DNA of 64,000 nt from Candidatus Latescibacterota bacterium (GCA_965243025.1 CBDETY010000003.1:5504001-5568000), one strand, 5' to 3'; positions 10,387-19,879 are shown, counted from the stretch's first letter. Notes: generated by a model from the sequence alone, not told the origin. Numbers and translations: made by a program.

Positions 10387-10836
10387 CCCGGGCTGTGCTG
10401 TTTGCGATTGCCGTGAGCAGCAGACAAGCTGTCAGGAGGGGATTTGTGCATGGGTTCTCTCCTGGTTAATAGCTGCGTGTAGGTTCGCCAAGGCCTCGAT
10501 AACCATCACAAGGATTGTGTATCGCGCCGTGGATTGGTCATCTGACGAGCAGCACAACCGATACTACCGCCCGGGTGTTAACTGAGGATTGCTGTTGTGT
10601 AAAGAATTGTAACAGGATGTGAACGGTGTGAACGGGGACGCACAAGTACTGCGGGCCCCAGGCGGACCTCTGCCTTGCCTCGGGCGAGGATGGCAGGGGA
10701 AGGCTGTTATCGAGAAGCTGTTGGGGGCGCGCGGATACGCCCCGTTATCTCTACTGCCGGTCAGCCGACAACTCGAACACCGGCAAAGAGGGTGTGGTCA
10801 CGGATTCAGGGAATGTGAGCAGGACGCACGTTCCCT
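10387..10836. repeat. Diverged ~450-bp direct repeat, copy 2 (intact kinase 3' end, promoter region, frameshifted relic of the receptor start)
   Basis: Colinear with 8209-8659. The relic start at 10451 reads ATG CAC AAA TCC CCT CCT GAC versus ATG CAA AAA TCC TTC CTG ACA in the intact gene. Contains the box GTAAA-GAATT-GTAAC at 10599-10613. Confidence 0.9.
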
Positions 10837-12103
10837 TGTTCGGCTGGCTGGTAATCTCGATCTGCCCTCCGTGTGCCTCCATGATTTTCTTGCATACGCT
10901 CATGCCCAGGCCATAGCCGCCAGTCTGTTTGGAGCGGGATTTGTCCACCCGGTAGAAGGGTTCGAAGATGTGGGGGAGGTCGTCTTTCGGGATGCCTGAT
11001 CCGTAGTCCTGCACCTTGACGAGAACCTTCCCTTGCTCCCGGGAACAGGTGACTTCGATGGGATCTTTCGCGTTGGAGTGTCTGGTGGCATTCGAGAGAA
11101 GATTGTTGAGGACCGTTGTTACCCTTGCCGGGTCGAGGCTCACCATGAGGTCTTCAGGTGAGCATTGGAGCACGACGCCGGGTTTCTGGTCCTGGTAATT
11201 CTTGCACGTGTCCATCAGGAGATCAAGGATGTTGACGGGTTCGGGCTCGAGTCCTCCATGGGAGCTGTTCAGGCGCTCGGTTTCGAGGACTTCCGTCACC
11301 ATTGCTTCCATATGCTTGATGTTTCTGTGAAGGGTCTGCCTTGTCTTGTCGTCCTCGAGAAACTCCAGGGCTACCAGCATGCGCGTCAGCGGTGAGCGCA
11401 ACTCGTGACTCACGTCGAGCAGCAACTGGTCGCGTGCCTGGAGAGACTCGCGGATTCGCCGGGTCATGTGGTTGAACGAGAGTGCGAGCTGGCCAAGCTC
11501 GTCGACGCTGTTGGTCTTGATCTCGAAGTCGAGGTTGCCTTCCCCGATTTCCCTTACGCCCTCATGCAGCGCTTTTATGGGTTTGAGTTGGTTGCGAAGT
11601 ATGAGGTAGATGGCGAAGAAGGAGAATATGACGAGTCCAAGTGAGATGAGATCGTAGAGTTCATCTTGAGGTAGATGGCCGGCTTTGAGGAGATTGAGCT
11701 GATAGTGGCCATGGTCTGATTGCAGATCTACGAATATGCCTCCGGTTTCCTCGCTGATCATGATCCTGAATCGATCATCCTCCTCATAGGGGATCATGGC
11801 CTCTCTCTGCTTCACCTGCATGTCGGGGTCGCTTTGCCAGATGACGCCGTTGCTTTCATACCTGATGTCTACTTGCAGGCTGTCTGCTGTTCGTTGCAGT
11901 CGATGCGGATCGGGGTGTGGTCCCAGGTCGGCTACAATGCCTTGCGCGTGCCTCACCATGATGCCTGACAGAGCCGGTAGAATGCTGCTTCGCAGTTCAC
12001 GGTCTTCAAGCCAGAGCTGGAGGGTTGTCGTGATCGTGACGGCGAGGAAGAACAGCAGGGAGATCCTCAGAAAGAGCGACCGCTTGATATTGAAGAGTCT
12101 CAT
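10751..12103 (-). CDS. Membrane sensor histidine kinase (2 TM, HAMP, HisKA, HATPase), CpxA-like
   Basis: Start MRLFNIKRS overlaps the regulator stop (ATGA). HAMP 'DELGQLALSFNHM', H-box DVSHELRSPLTR, 'FEPFYRVDKSRSKQTGGYGLG'. Confidence 0.93.
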   Translation of the reverse strand: MRLFNIKRSLFLRISLLFFLAVTITTTLQLWLEDRELRSSILPALSGIMVRHAQGIVADLGPHPDPHRLQRTADSLQVDIRYESNGVIWQSDPDMQVKQREAMIPYEEDDRFRIMISEETGGIFVDLQSDHGHYQLNLLKAGHLPQDELYDLISLGLVIFSFFAIYLILRNQLKPIKALHEGVREIGEGNLDFEIKTNSVDELGQLALSFNHMTRRIRESLQARDQLLLDVSHELRSPLTRMLVALEFLEDDKTRQTLHRNIKHMEAMVTEVLETERLNSSHGGLEPEPVNILDLLMDTCKNYQDQKPGVVLQCSPEDLMVSLDPARVTTVLNNLLSNATRHSNAKDPIEVTCSREQGKVLVKVQDYGSGIPKDDLPHIFEPFYRVDKSRSKQTGGYGLGMSVCKKIMEAHGGQIEITSQPNKGTCVLLTFPESVTTPSLPVFELSADRQ

Positions 12104-12789
12104 GCTGCCTCCGTGGCGCCGAGGAACATGTACCCTGCACCGCGAACCGTTCGTATGTAGCGGGGGTTTTTCGGATCGTCTTGCAGCTTGTTTCGTATTC
12201 TGGATATGAGGACATCGACGGAGCGGTCGAAGGCCTCCCAGTCTACTCCTCGAATATTCTGCATGATATAGTCTCGACTGAGGACTCTTCCCCGGCTTTT
12301 TACGAGGAGAGCCAGCATTTCGAATTCCGTTGTGGTGAGATTCAAGGCGGCGCCATCGAGTGTGGCGGTGTATTTCTCCAGGCTGATTTTCAGACTGCCG
12401 GCGTGAAGAAGGTCTTGCCTGGCCGGCTTGTGCCCTCGTCTGAGGACTGCCTGGATCCTCGCGACCAACTCTCTCGCTTCGAATGGCTTGGGCAGGTAGT
12501 CGTCTGCTCCCAGTTCGAGTCCGACGACCCGATCCGTGATCTCCCCGCGGGCCGTGAGCATGATAATGGGCAGCGTATTTGTTTCCCGGATGGTCTTGCA
12601 CACCTTGAATCCATCCAGTTCAGGTAGCATGACATCGAGAATGACCAGGTCGAAGTCGCTTGTTCCAAGAAGCTCGAGACCCCGGGACGGGCGGTGCACA
12701 GCGGTTGTCCGGTAGCCGAAGTCTGCCAGGTAGGTCTCCAGGAGATCGGTGAGTTCCTGGTCGTCATCGATGATCAGTATGGAAGCCAT
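12100..12789 (-). CDS. OmpR/PhoB-family response regulator (CpxR-like)
   Basis: REC (IIDDD, DVMLP, GADDYLPKPF) and winged HTH 'FDRSVDVLISRIRNKL...IRTVRGAGY'. Confidence 0.95.
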   Translation of the reverse strand: MASILIIDDDQELTDLLETYLADFGYRTTAVHRPSRGLELLGTSDFDLVILDVMLPELDGFKVCKTIRETNTLPIIMLTARGEITDRVVGLELGADDYLPKPFEARELVARIQAVLRRGHKPARQDLLHAGSLKISLEKYTATLDGAALNLTTTEFEMLALLVKSRGRVLSRDYIMQNIRGVDWEAFDRSVDVLISRIRNKLQDDPKNPRYIRTVRGAGYMFLGATEAA

Positions 12790-12863
12790 ACCATGAGTCC
12801 CATGAGTTATTGCTTCTGTAAGGGGAAGGAAACCTTGCAGTGTAAATGGGTCTTTTCTGCTTT

Positions 12864-12878
12864 GTAACAGATTGTAAC
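12864..12878. promoter_or_regulatory. Direct-repeat box upstream of the response regulator (candidate autoregulatory site)
   Basis: GTAAC-AGATT-GTAAC, about 75 bp upstream of the regulator ATG. Confidence 0.65.
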
Positions 12879-12930
12879 GGTGGAGGGGTGTGTTACGGCA
12901 GGGTGGGGTTGGTCCAGGTACGTCCCCCGG

Positions 12931-14928
12931 TTACAGACTCTTCCCCATAGCCGCCACCATCTCGTCGGTCTCGCTTACCCGGGGGCAATCCGCGATCACC
13001 CCCCGCGAATCCACCAGGAAATACGAAGGTATTCCGTTGATGTTGTAGGACTTGGCAGGATCCGAGTAGAAGCCGTGGGCGCGCACGTGAACGCCTTCGA
13101 TCCCGTGCTTTTCAATCGCCTTTCGCCAGGCGGCCTCATCCGTGTCGAGCGACAGGTTGAGGAAGACGACCGGCTGGCCGGCCGTTCTTTCCTTGATCTG
13201 GCGGAGATGGGGAAGGTCGCCGATACAGGGCCCGCACCAGCTCGCCCAGAAATCGAGCAGGACCACCTTGCCCCTGAACTGGCTGAGCGACACCGGCTGC
13301 CCGTCGAGGTCGTCGAGAGTGAATTCGGGGGCAGGCTGTCCAGGTTGCAGTTTGAGGGCGTCGTTCAGAGCGGCCTGAACCGCCTCGTTGTATTCCGGGT
13401 AGGGGTTGATTTCCCGGTACTCCTCCCACTTTTGGCGAGCGAGGGCGAAGGCTTCGCTGTCCAGCCTGAATCCGCCGATCAGCTCTCCGGCGAGAAACCA
13501 GTAGAGCACCCGCCCCTCCAGTTTTTGCCTGGCGAGATCGTACCTCTCAGAAAAACTCCATGTCCGGACTACCTTCCCCGAAGAATAGATCGAGTCGAAT
13601 CTGGCCTGCACTTCATCGGGCAAACCCAGGATAGACAGATCGATCGTTTCAGACAGCAGGAGCGGCTGCCTGTACTCGTACATCGAGTCGAGCTGGTCAC
13701 GAGCCGGTTCCGACAGCCACGACAGATCGAGTTTTCCGGAAAGCCTGGGCTCTCTGGCCAGGGAGTCCATCGTCATTTCGAGTGGGGTAAAGAATGCCAG
13801 GTTTCCGCCAGTCGTATCCACCCTGGGTTCTTCAATCCCGCTTGAAGTGGTGAAACTCCAGGATCTGGACTTTTCGTAGAGGGAATCGAGTTGGTCCTCG
13901 GTGGTCTCCGAAAGACCGAACACGGATAAATCGAACTGCTGGGAGAGCTTTGGATGCCTTTTCTTTTCATACATCGAGTCGAGCCGGGCATGGGCAGATT
14001 GCAACAACCCAACAGCTGACAGATCGACCATTTTCGACAGCCTTGGCCGTCGACCGTCCTTCTCGTAGAGGGAGTCGAGCTGGCGGCCGATGGCTCCGTT
14101 CGTCCCCCCGGCGGGTCTATGCAGCTCTTCCCGCTCCCAGTCCAGGGTGCGCACCAGAAAGGTGTGGTAAACCCCAACGCCCATCCCCTTTTCCGCTACC
14201 AGCGGGACCTCCTCCAGGAAGCGGTAGTACTCAGGAGTGATGTCACTGTTCCTGCGGCCGTTGGCGAAGCGGTAGTTCGTCGGATAGGAAATCATGGAGT
14301 TGGCCCACTCATAGCTGAAGTAGGCGGTGGCAAAGTCGATGAACCCCGGAGAGAGCGAGTATTCATCGCGCCGCTCGGCCAGGAAATCGAGCTGCTCCCG
14401 ACGCCGCTGGTGGGCCTGTCGCTTGAAGTCCTCGAGCTCCAGACCCTGGTATTCGCGGTGAAAGTGAAGGAAGGGCGGAATCCACTCGGCGATGAAGCGG
14501 CTGTTGTCGGCGGCGGGACCGCTGAACGAGCAGGAGGGGCTGAAATAGCCGGCGTCGATCGTTATATGCAGACTGTCTCCGGGTTCTGCGAAGAACACCA
14601 GGGGATGGTGGTCGAAGAGGAAGGAGCCTACCCAGCGCGCCCACTCCCATCCGGGTTGGCCGCTGTCGAAATACCCCCTGACAAGGATTCCCCGGCTGAC
14701 GGGCAGCTCGACCCTGAAGCGGTTCAGGCTGTCGAGTGCGACGCTCTCGTCGGAGCTGCCCAGACCGGAGGGGGGCGTGAAGGTGAAGGCGATTTCCCGC
14801 GAAGCCGGGTTGCGGACTTCCCCGGTGATGATCGCGACGGACGGCTGGCTTTGTGCGCTTTCCGCTGAAAGGCAGGTGCTCGAAGCGGTCAGGGCGGCAA
14901 CCAAAAAGCTGAAGAACCGGTGGGCCAT
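12931..14928 (-). CDS. Secreted TlpA/ResA-like thiol-disulfide oxidoreductase with internal repeats
   Basis: Signal peptide; C-terminal 'GQPAPEFTL...GKVVLLDFWASWCGPC...YNINGIPSYFLVD'; internal 'LDS.YEK...LS...DLS..GL' repeats. Confidence 0.88.
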   Translation of the reverse strand: MAHRFFSFLVAALTASSTCLSAESAQSQPSVAIITGEVRNPASREIAFTFTPPSGLGSSDESVALDSLNRFRVELPVSRGILVRGYFDSGQPGWEWARWVGSFLFDHHPLVFFAEPGDSLHITIDAGYFSPSCSFSGPAADNSRFIAEWIPPFLHFHREYQGLELEDFKRQAHQRRREQLDFLAERRDEYSLSPGFIDFATAYFSYEWANSMISYPTNYRFANGRRNSDITPEYYRFLEEVPLVAEKGMGVGVYHTFLVRTLDWEREELHRPAGGTNGAIGRQLDSLYEKDGRRPRLSKMVDLSAVGLLQSAHARLDSMYEKKRHPKLSQQFDLSVFGLSETTEDQLDSLYEKSRSWSFTTSSGIEEPRVDTTGGNLAFFTPLEMTMDSLAREPRLSGKLDLSWLSEPARDQLDSMYEYRQPLLLSETIDLSILGLPDEVQARFDSIYSSGKVVRTWSFSERYDLARQKLEGRVLYWFLAGELIGGFRLDSEAFALARQKWEEYREINPYPEYNEAVQAALNDALKLQPGQPAPEFTLDDLDGQPVSLSQFRGKVVLLDFWASWCGPCIGDLPHLRQIKERTAGQPVVFLNLSLDTDEAAWRKAIEKHGIEGVHVRAHGFYSDPAKSYNINGIPSYFLVDSRGVIADCPRVSETDEMVAAMGKSL

Positions 14929-15187
14929 GGGGAGTTCTCCGGATCAGGTCAGGAGAAGGGGTGAGAAGCAGGTTTTGCCGCGGGGACCAGGAAGGAGCCG
15001 ATGCCTCATACTGCGGGTTTATTCTGGGTCTCCTTCCGCACGGGTCGGATCGAAAGCAACTGAAGACAGAACAATATTCGCGTGCAGCGGGCAGGTGGTG
15101 AAGCTCGCTTTGCAAGGGAGGCCGGGCAACTTGCTGGCGTATGTGGTCCGCCCATTCAGGATCCGGAATCTGCAGCGTAGCAGATTC

Positions 15188-16103
15188 TCAGGCTTCATTG
15201 TCCGCCAGTAACGATTGAACAGCTTTACCGATCTCTGTTGGAATTTGGGATCCTGCCCCACGTCGATCGAAGGCAACGATCCCGTTTCCGTCCACCACAA
15301 CATGGCGTGGAAAGGTCTCCCCGAAGATCTCCGTGTGATCGGAAGATCCCAGGGCGTGATCGTAGTCGAACTCATGCCGTTTCAGAAACCGGACGAGGGT
15401 CTCAGGTTCATCCAGTGCGACCGCGAGGAACTCAACCTGTCCGGAGGGTTTGAATCTTTCTACCAGCTCATTCAAACCGGGCATTTCCGCAATGCAAGGA
15501 AGGCATGTCGTCGCCCACCAGTTGACAACCAGAATTTTCCCGACCGAGTCCCTTGTCGAGATCGAGTCACCTTGAACGGTACTGAAAGTCAATTCGGGGA
15601 TCGGTGCACCCAGTTTCAGCGGCGAATCCTTGACGGTTGGTTGGCCGCCTGTTGCCGGTGAGGGCGAACCTGCCCATCGGTAGAGAAGCAATCGGTATTC
15701 GGGAAGGAGTCGGAAAGCAATGGGAATCAGGTCCTCGGAATCGGCTTCGGAATTGAATTCAACTGTGCCGCTGAGAGTTCCATCTTCCGATGCGTCCAGA
15801 ACAAACCCCCCGGACACTCCTTTTACCGTCCGGGTAGACGAGGTACAGGAAAAACCTGTGCTCCTTGCCGTCCTTTCCCCATGTGAAGTGTACCGAGGGG
15901 CCAAGCTCACCGTCAGGGATGCGGGCGGAAAAAGCCTCCGCAGGCATCATCATTTTCAGTGGCTCGAAATCCGGCAGTCCCTCGGAAAGATTAATGGCAG
16001 CATAAATTGGCTGCTCTTCCTCTTTGTCCGCCGTGGTTCCAGTCAAAGGCACGGGTACCATGAGAAGCCCGACAGACAGAACCGCTTTATTCGATAGATG
16101 CAT
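15188..16103 (-). pseudogene. TlpA-like thioredoxin-fold protein split by a frameshift
   Basis: SD GGAG and a signal-peptide-like start MHLSNKAVL at 16103. Removing one base of the T4 run (15821-15824) joins ...YLVYPDGK to GVSGGFVLD... and on to 'GKILVVNWWATTCLPCIAEMP'. Confidence 0.75.
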
Positions 16104-16355
16104 GACAGCTCTCCATTTTCGATAGACCTCTGTGGACGGGCGAAGCGGACTTTCGAAGGTGGACACCGCAGAGGGAAGGTCCAGCACCTGTTGTGTTGTT
16201 GCCGCGGCGCGGTTTGCTCTTTGGGATATTTCAAAAAGCAACTGACCCCACTGACCAAAATAACATTAAGCCCCAACCAAAGTGCAGGGGTGGTCCTGTA
16301 CGTCTGGGTCGCCAAATGTCAGCAGGCGACCGCATTTTCAAAGAGCGATCTCTGT

Positions 16356-18452
16356 TCAGTCGTTCTGCGGGGTCTCAAAGATGACCAGGTGGTTTTTCAT
16401 GACCGCGCAGATGTGATCGCCCGCCAGAATGAGGCTGTGACGTCCCCGGTAATTATAGGGGAAGAGGTGGGCCCCGAAGGTCATGCGCATCTGGCCGGGG
16501 CCCACGAAGGAGTGGGACCTGATCACATTAGGGAGGTTAGCGGGTTCCTGAAAGCCCAGTCTTTCCCGGCGCTGCTGGGCGCCGTACCGGGTCATTGCAT
16601 AAGACCATATCTCGTCCCAGGCCCTGCCGAAGGCGAAATCGCCGTCAATGGTAAGTCGAGGAAACCGCCCGAGGATGTATTCGATCTCCACCGGGTGCCG
16701 TGGATCGGATATGTCGAGCACGGCCAGCTCCTGAGGCCGATGCCGCTGGACGTAAGCCCTGTTTCCGTCCACGGATATGGGACCCAATCCCAGCGGCCGG
16801 GCGATCCGGAAAAAATCATGCTCTCCTTCAGGGGTCCACTCCCGCATCTCCAGGGTTTCCAAATTGTGGCCTGCCTCTTCCAGCTTCTGTACTACGGATT
16901 CCGGAAGTACTCCGGGAGACAGTTGGTGATGAAGCTGTTCGATGGACTCCTCATACTGCTTGGAGCGTCCGAAGCGGCGCAGGGGGGTCCTGCTCAGCTC
17001 TGCAGGCCGCCCGGGATCCGTCAGATCGAGTACGACGAAGTCGTGGCCCAGGGTCAGAAAGGCGTATGAGCCGACAAACTGCAATTCTCCGTCGTAACTC
17101 CAGGCATGTCTGATTCTCTCTTCGACGGGCAGAACGTGGACGGGCTGGGGAAGTCCTCCTTCGCGGACGTCGAAGCTGTGCAGTTCGAGCAGCTCGCTGC
17201 CGAGCAGGCCGGCGTACAGGTACCCATCCCGAACCGCCCAACCCGTCAGCAGGGGAGTTCCCTTCAACCAGGGGGTGGGACCTGGCTCGATGGGATGGAG
17301 AAGGCGCTGGACTTGCAGTTGGGGGCGCTCGGGCAGGCTGAGGTCGAATACGGCCACCCCCACGCTGTCCTTGGCCGATCCCCATGCGTAGACGGTGGTA
17401 CCGGACAGGGCAAGCCGCCAGAGCCGCCAGCCGTCGATTTCCGCTCGCCCTGTCTCCTTCGGCACTCGCCAGTCCGCCACGTCCACCACGCTCACCCCAT
17501 TCTCCAGCAGCACAACCGCGGATCTGTCGTTCAGGTCCAGATCCGCAACCTGTGCTTCGTAGGGAAGGCGGCCCACCGGTTCGACGGGGGCATCCGTGCG
17601 GTGGGGCTGTGTCGCATCCATCGCGAGGACGATGGCCGCCGAGATCAGGGCGAGCGTGGTCACACCCCACTGGAACCGCCTGCTTGCCTCCGCTCTCAAC
17701 GCCAGGGTGGACCACAGAAGCACGCCGCCTGCTATCAGGGCGGCAGTCCCAAACCTGACCAGCAGGAGAGATGGATCGAAGGCCAGACGCAGGATCTTGT
17801 CTGTCAGATCGTTGAACAGGATCCGCTGGAAGGAATAAGAGACAGCGGGGGACAGTTGGGAAACTGACCCCAGGCAGAACAAAGCGATCCACCCCGACAT
17901 AAGGGCGATCGCTACTGCCTTCAGGGGACGGTCGGAAAAAGCAGAGGAGAGAAACACCGGGGTGTACAGAATCAAGAACGGGAGAAACCACAGCAGCAGG
18001 ATGCGCGCGAACCCCACATCCTGCAGGATTTCCTGCAGCCCTCGATTCAGGAAAAAATCTTGAGATGAACCCTGGTAAAACCACCACAGGAAGTTCGGTT
18101 TTCCCCATTCCGGCAACCCGAGGTACACCCCCGCCCAGAACGAGGCCAGAACCACCAGCACCCCCGCAGCCCCGACTGCGAACTTCACTCCCAGCAGCCG
18201 GGCGGGAGCCAGCGGCCGGCTCAGCAGGAAAGGCAGTGTCCCCCGGCTGCGTTCCCCGGACACCTGGTCGATGCCCATAAGCACCGAGGCCAGCAGGCCT
18301 ACCAGAAAGCTCACAGCTTCCAGTGGATACTCCCTGTTGAAGACCGGGTGCAGATAGGCCAACCCGAGAAGCAGAGCCACGCAGGAGCCGCCGGCCACCT
18401 TGTAGACCGCTTCCCGTCCTTCCTTCCACAGCAGAGCTCGTACCGGATTCAT
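16356..18452 (-). CDS. ABC-2-type permease fused to a C-terminal LVIVD-repeat/beta-propeller-like domain
   Basis: Start MNPVRALLWKE overlaps the ATPase stop. 'SGERSRGTLPFLLSRP...LLGVKF' permease motif, several TM helices, then 'GVSVVDVADWRVP', 'GVAVFDLSLPERP', 'FVVLDLTDPGRP', 'LAVLDISDPRHP'. Confidence 0.8.
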   Translation of the reverse strand: MNPVRALLWKEGREAVYKVAGGSCVALLLGLAYLHPVFNREYPLEAVSFLVGLLASVLMGIDQVSGERSRGTLPFLLSRPLAPARLLGVKFAVGAAGVLVVLASFWAGVYLGLPEWGKPNFLWWFYQGSSQDFFLNRGLQEILQDVGFARILLLWFLPFLILYTPVFLSSAFSDRPLKAVAIALMSGWIALFCLGSVSQLSPAVSYSFQRILFNDLTDKILRLAFDPSLLLVRFGTAALIAGGVLLWSTLALRAEASRRFQWGVTTLALISAAIVLAMDATQPHRTDAPVEPVGRLPYEAQVADLDLNDRSAVVLLENGVSVVDVADWRVPKETGRAEIDGWRLWRLALSGTTVYAWGSAKDSVGVAVFDLSLPERPQLQVQRLLHPIEPGPTPWLKGTPLLTGWAVRDGYLYAGLLGSELLELHSFDVREGGLPQPVHVLPVEERIRHAWSYDGELQFVGSYAFLTLGHDFVVLDLTDPGRPAELSRTPLRRFGRSKQYEESIEQLHHQLSPGVLPESVVQKLEEAGHNLETLEMREWTPEGEHDFFRIARPLGLGPISVDGNRAYVQRHRPQELAVLDISDPRHPVEIEYILGRFPRLTIDGDFAFGRAWDEIWSYAMTRYGAQQRRERLGFQEPANLPNVIRSHSFVGPGQMRMTFGAHLFPYNYRGRHSLILAGDHICAVMKNHLVIFETPQND

Positions 18453-19348
18453 ACCCCCCCTCCTCCGGCGGCGTGGACGTATGCCACGAAAGCATCCTCG
18501 AGCCCCAGGTCCTCCACCCTCGTGATGGCCCCGCCCTGAGCCTCGATCCGGGCGGCCTGTTCCCCGCCATACCCCACCACCGTCAGCAGCCGCTGCGTCC
18601 CCGTTCCCTGCACCTCCCGCAATCCGGGGATTCTGGTCAGCGGACCGGCGCCCTCCGGCATGCGCACCGCCACCCGCTTGACCGACTGCTTCACGTCGTC
18701 CACCGGCCCTTCCGCCACCAGGCGGCCCTGCTCGATGACGGCGACCCGGTCGGCGACCCGCTCCACCTCGTGCACGAGGTGCGACGACAGGAAGACGGTG
18801 CGCCCCTCCTCCTGGATGAGCCCGATGATGCTCTCGAGGAAACCGCGCCGGACCACCACGTCCAGCCCGGAAGCAGGCTCGTCGAGGATCAGCAGGCGCG
18901 GCTCGTGCCCCAGGGCGAGGGCGAGCGCAAGCTGGGCGTTCATGCCGCGGGACAGGTGCTTGACCTTCTGCTCGCGGTCGAGGCCGAAACGGTCGATCAG
19001 CCCCTCGACTTTGTCCGGGTTCCAGGTCTCGTAAAACCGGCCGGTGAACCAGGCCAGCTCCCGCACCTTCATCCATCCATACATGACCGGATTCTCCGCC
19101 ACGTAACCCACCTGCCGCCGCAGCGCCAGCGCGTCCCGCCCCGGGTCGAGCCCCAGCACTTCCACCTGTCCGGCTGTGGGCTTGAGCAGGTTCATCAGGA
19201 TCCGGATGGTCGTGGTCTTGCCGGCCCCGTTGCGTCCGAGGAAGCCGCACACCGATCCGGTTGAAACTTTCAGGTGGAGGTCCTCCACGGCGGCGGGCTT
19301 GCCGAAGCGGTGGGTCAGGCCTGCGATGGCGATCGCCGTGTCAGTCAT
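18449..19348 (-). CDS. ABC transporter ATP-binding protein (YtrB-like)
   Basis: Walker A GRNGAGKTT, signature LSRGM, Walker B LILDEP, SSH switch. Confidence 0.95.
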   Translation of the reverse strand: MTDTAIAIAGLTHRFGKPAAVEDLHLKVSTGSVCGFLGRNGAGKTTTIRILMNLLKPTAGQVEVLGLDPGRDALALRRQVGYVAENPVMYGWMKVRELAWFTGRFYETWNPDKVEGLIDRFGLDREQKVKHLSRGMNAQLALALALGHEPRLLILDEPASGLDVVVRRGFLESIIGLIQEEGRTVFLSSHLVHEVERVADRVAVIEQGRLVAEGPVDDVKQSVKRVAVRMPEGAGPLTRIPGLREVQGTGTQRLLTVVGYGGEQAARIEAQGGAITRVEDLGLEDAFVAYVHAAGGGGV

Positions 19349-19757
19349 CGGCAGGCTTCCTCCCTGTCGATCCTTTTTTGCCGAACCGGCTGAGGCGCTC
19401 CCGGAATACCTCGTGCATTTCAGCCGCGCTCAGCCCCAGCTCGATCGCCTCGACCAGGGCCTTGTCGAGCAGTTTCCGCACGATCTCGAGTTTTTCCTGC
19501 TGACTCATGGTCACAGCCTTTTCGCCCACGTAGGTGCCCATGCCCCGCTTCTTGTAGATCAGCCCGCCGCGCTCCAGTTCGAGATACGCCCGCACCACGG
19601 TGTTTGGGTTGATCAGGTACTGCCTAGACAGGGCGCGCACCGAGGGGAGCTCGTCGTGCGGCCGGAGCACCCCGGCGGCGATCTGGTACTTGACCTGCTC
19701 GATGATCTGCAGATAGATGGGGACCCCGCTGGCCGGGTCTATGCGCAGCTGTAGAAT
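19341..19757 (-). CDS. GntR-family (YtrA subfamily) regulator, apparently starting at ATT
   Basis: Frame reads ILQLRIDPASGVPIYLQIIEQVKYQIAAGVLRPHDELPSVRALS...INPNTVVRAYLELE...GMGTYV. SD AGGAG lies 7 nt before ATT (19757), and an in-frame TGA sits 7 codons upstream. Confidence 0.85.
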   Translation of the reverse strand: MLQLRIDPASGVPIYLQIIEQVKYQIAAGVLRPHDELPSVRALSRQYLINPNTVVRAYLELERGGLIYKKRGMGTYVGEKAVTMSQQEKLEIVRKLLDKALVEAIELGLSAAEMHEVFRERLSRFGKKGSTGRKPADD

Positions 19758-19879
19758 GCGGAGACTCCTGTTCGGTCACGCATGCATCGGCGGGAGATCG
19801 TTCCCGCCATTGCCGCGGTGAAAGAACGGCCGAGTCGATGCCGGGGGATGGCGCTTCCTCCATCCAGGAAAATCTGGTC

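Noticed and set aside
8209-10836. Diverged repeat pair as a DGR template/variable region or as IS ends
   Set aside because: No reverse transcriptase or transposase; differences include indels and are not adenine-specific; the repeat consists of gene ends plus intergenic DNA.
10751-19250. Long N-terminal extensions on track ORFs 10751-12601 and 16356-19250
   Set aside because: The extensions overlap the true upstream genes in another frame; ATGA-coupled starts at 12103 and 18452 are the credible ones.
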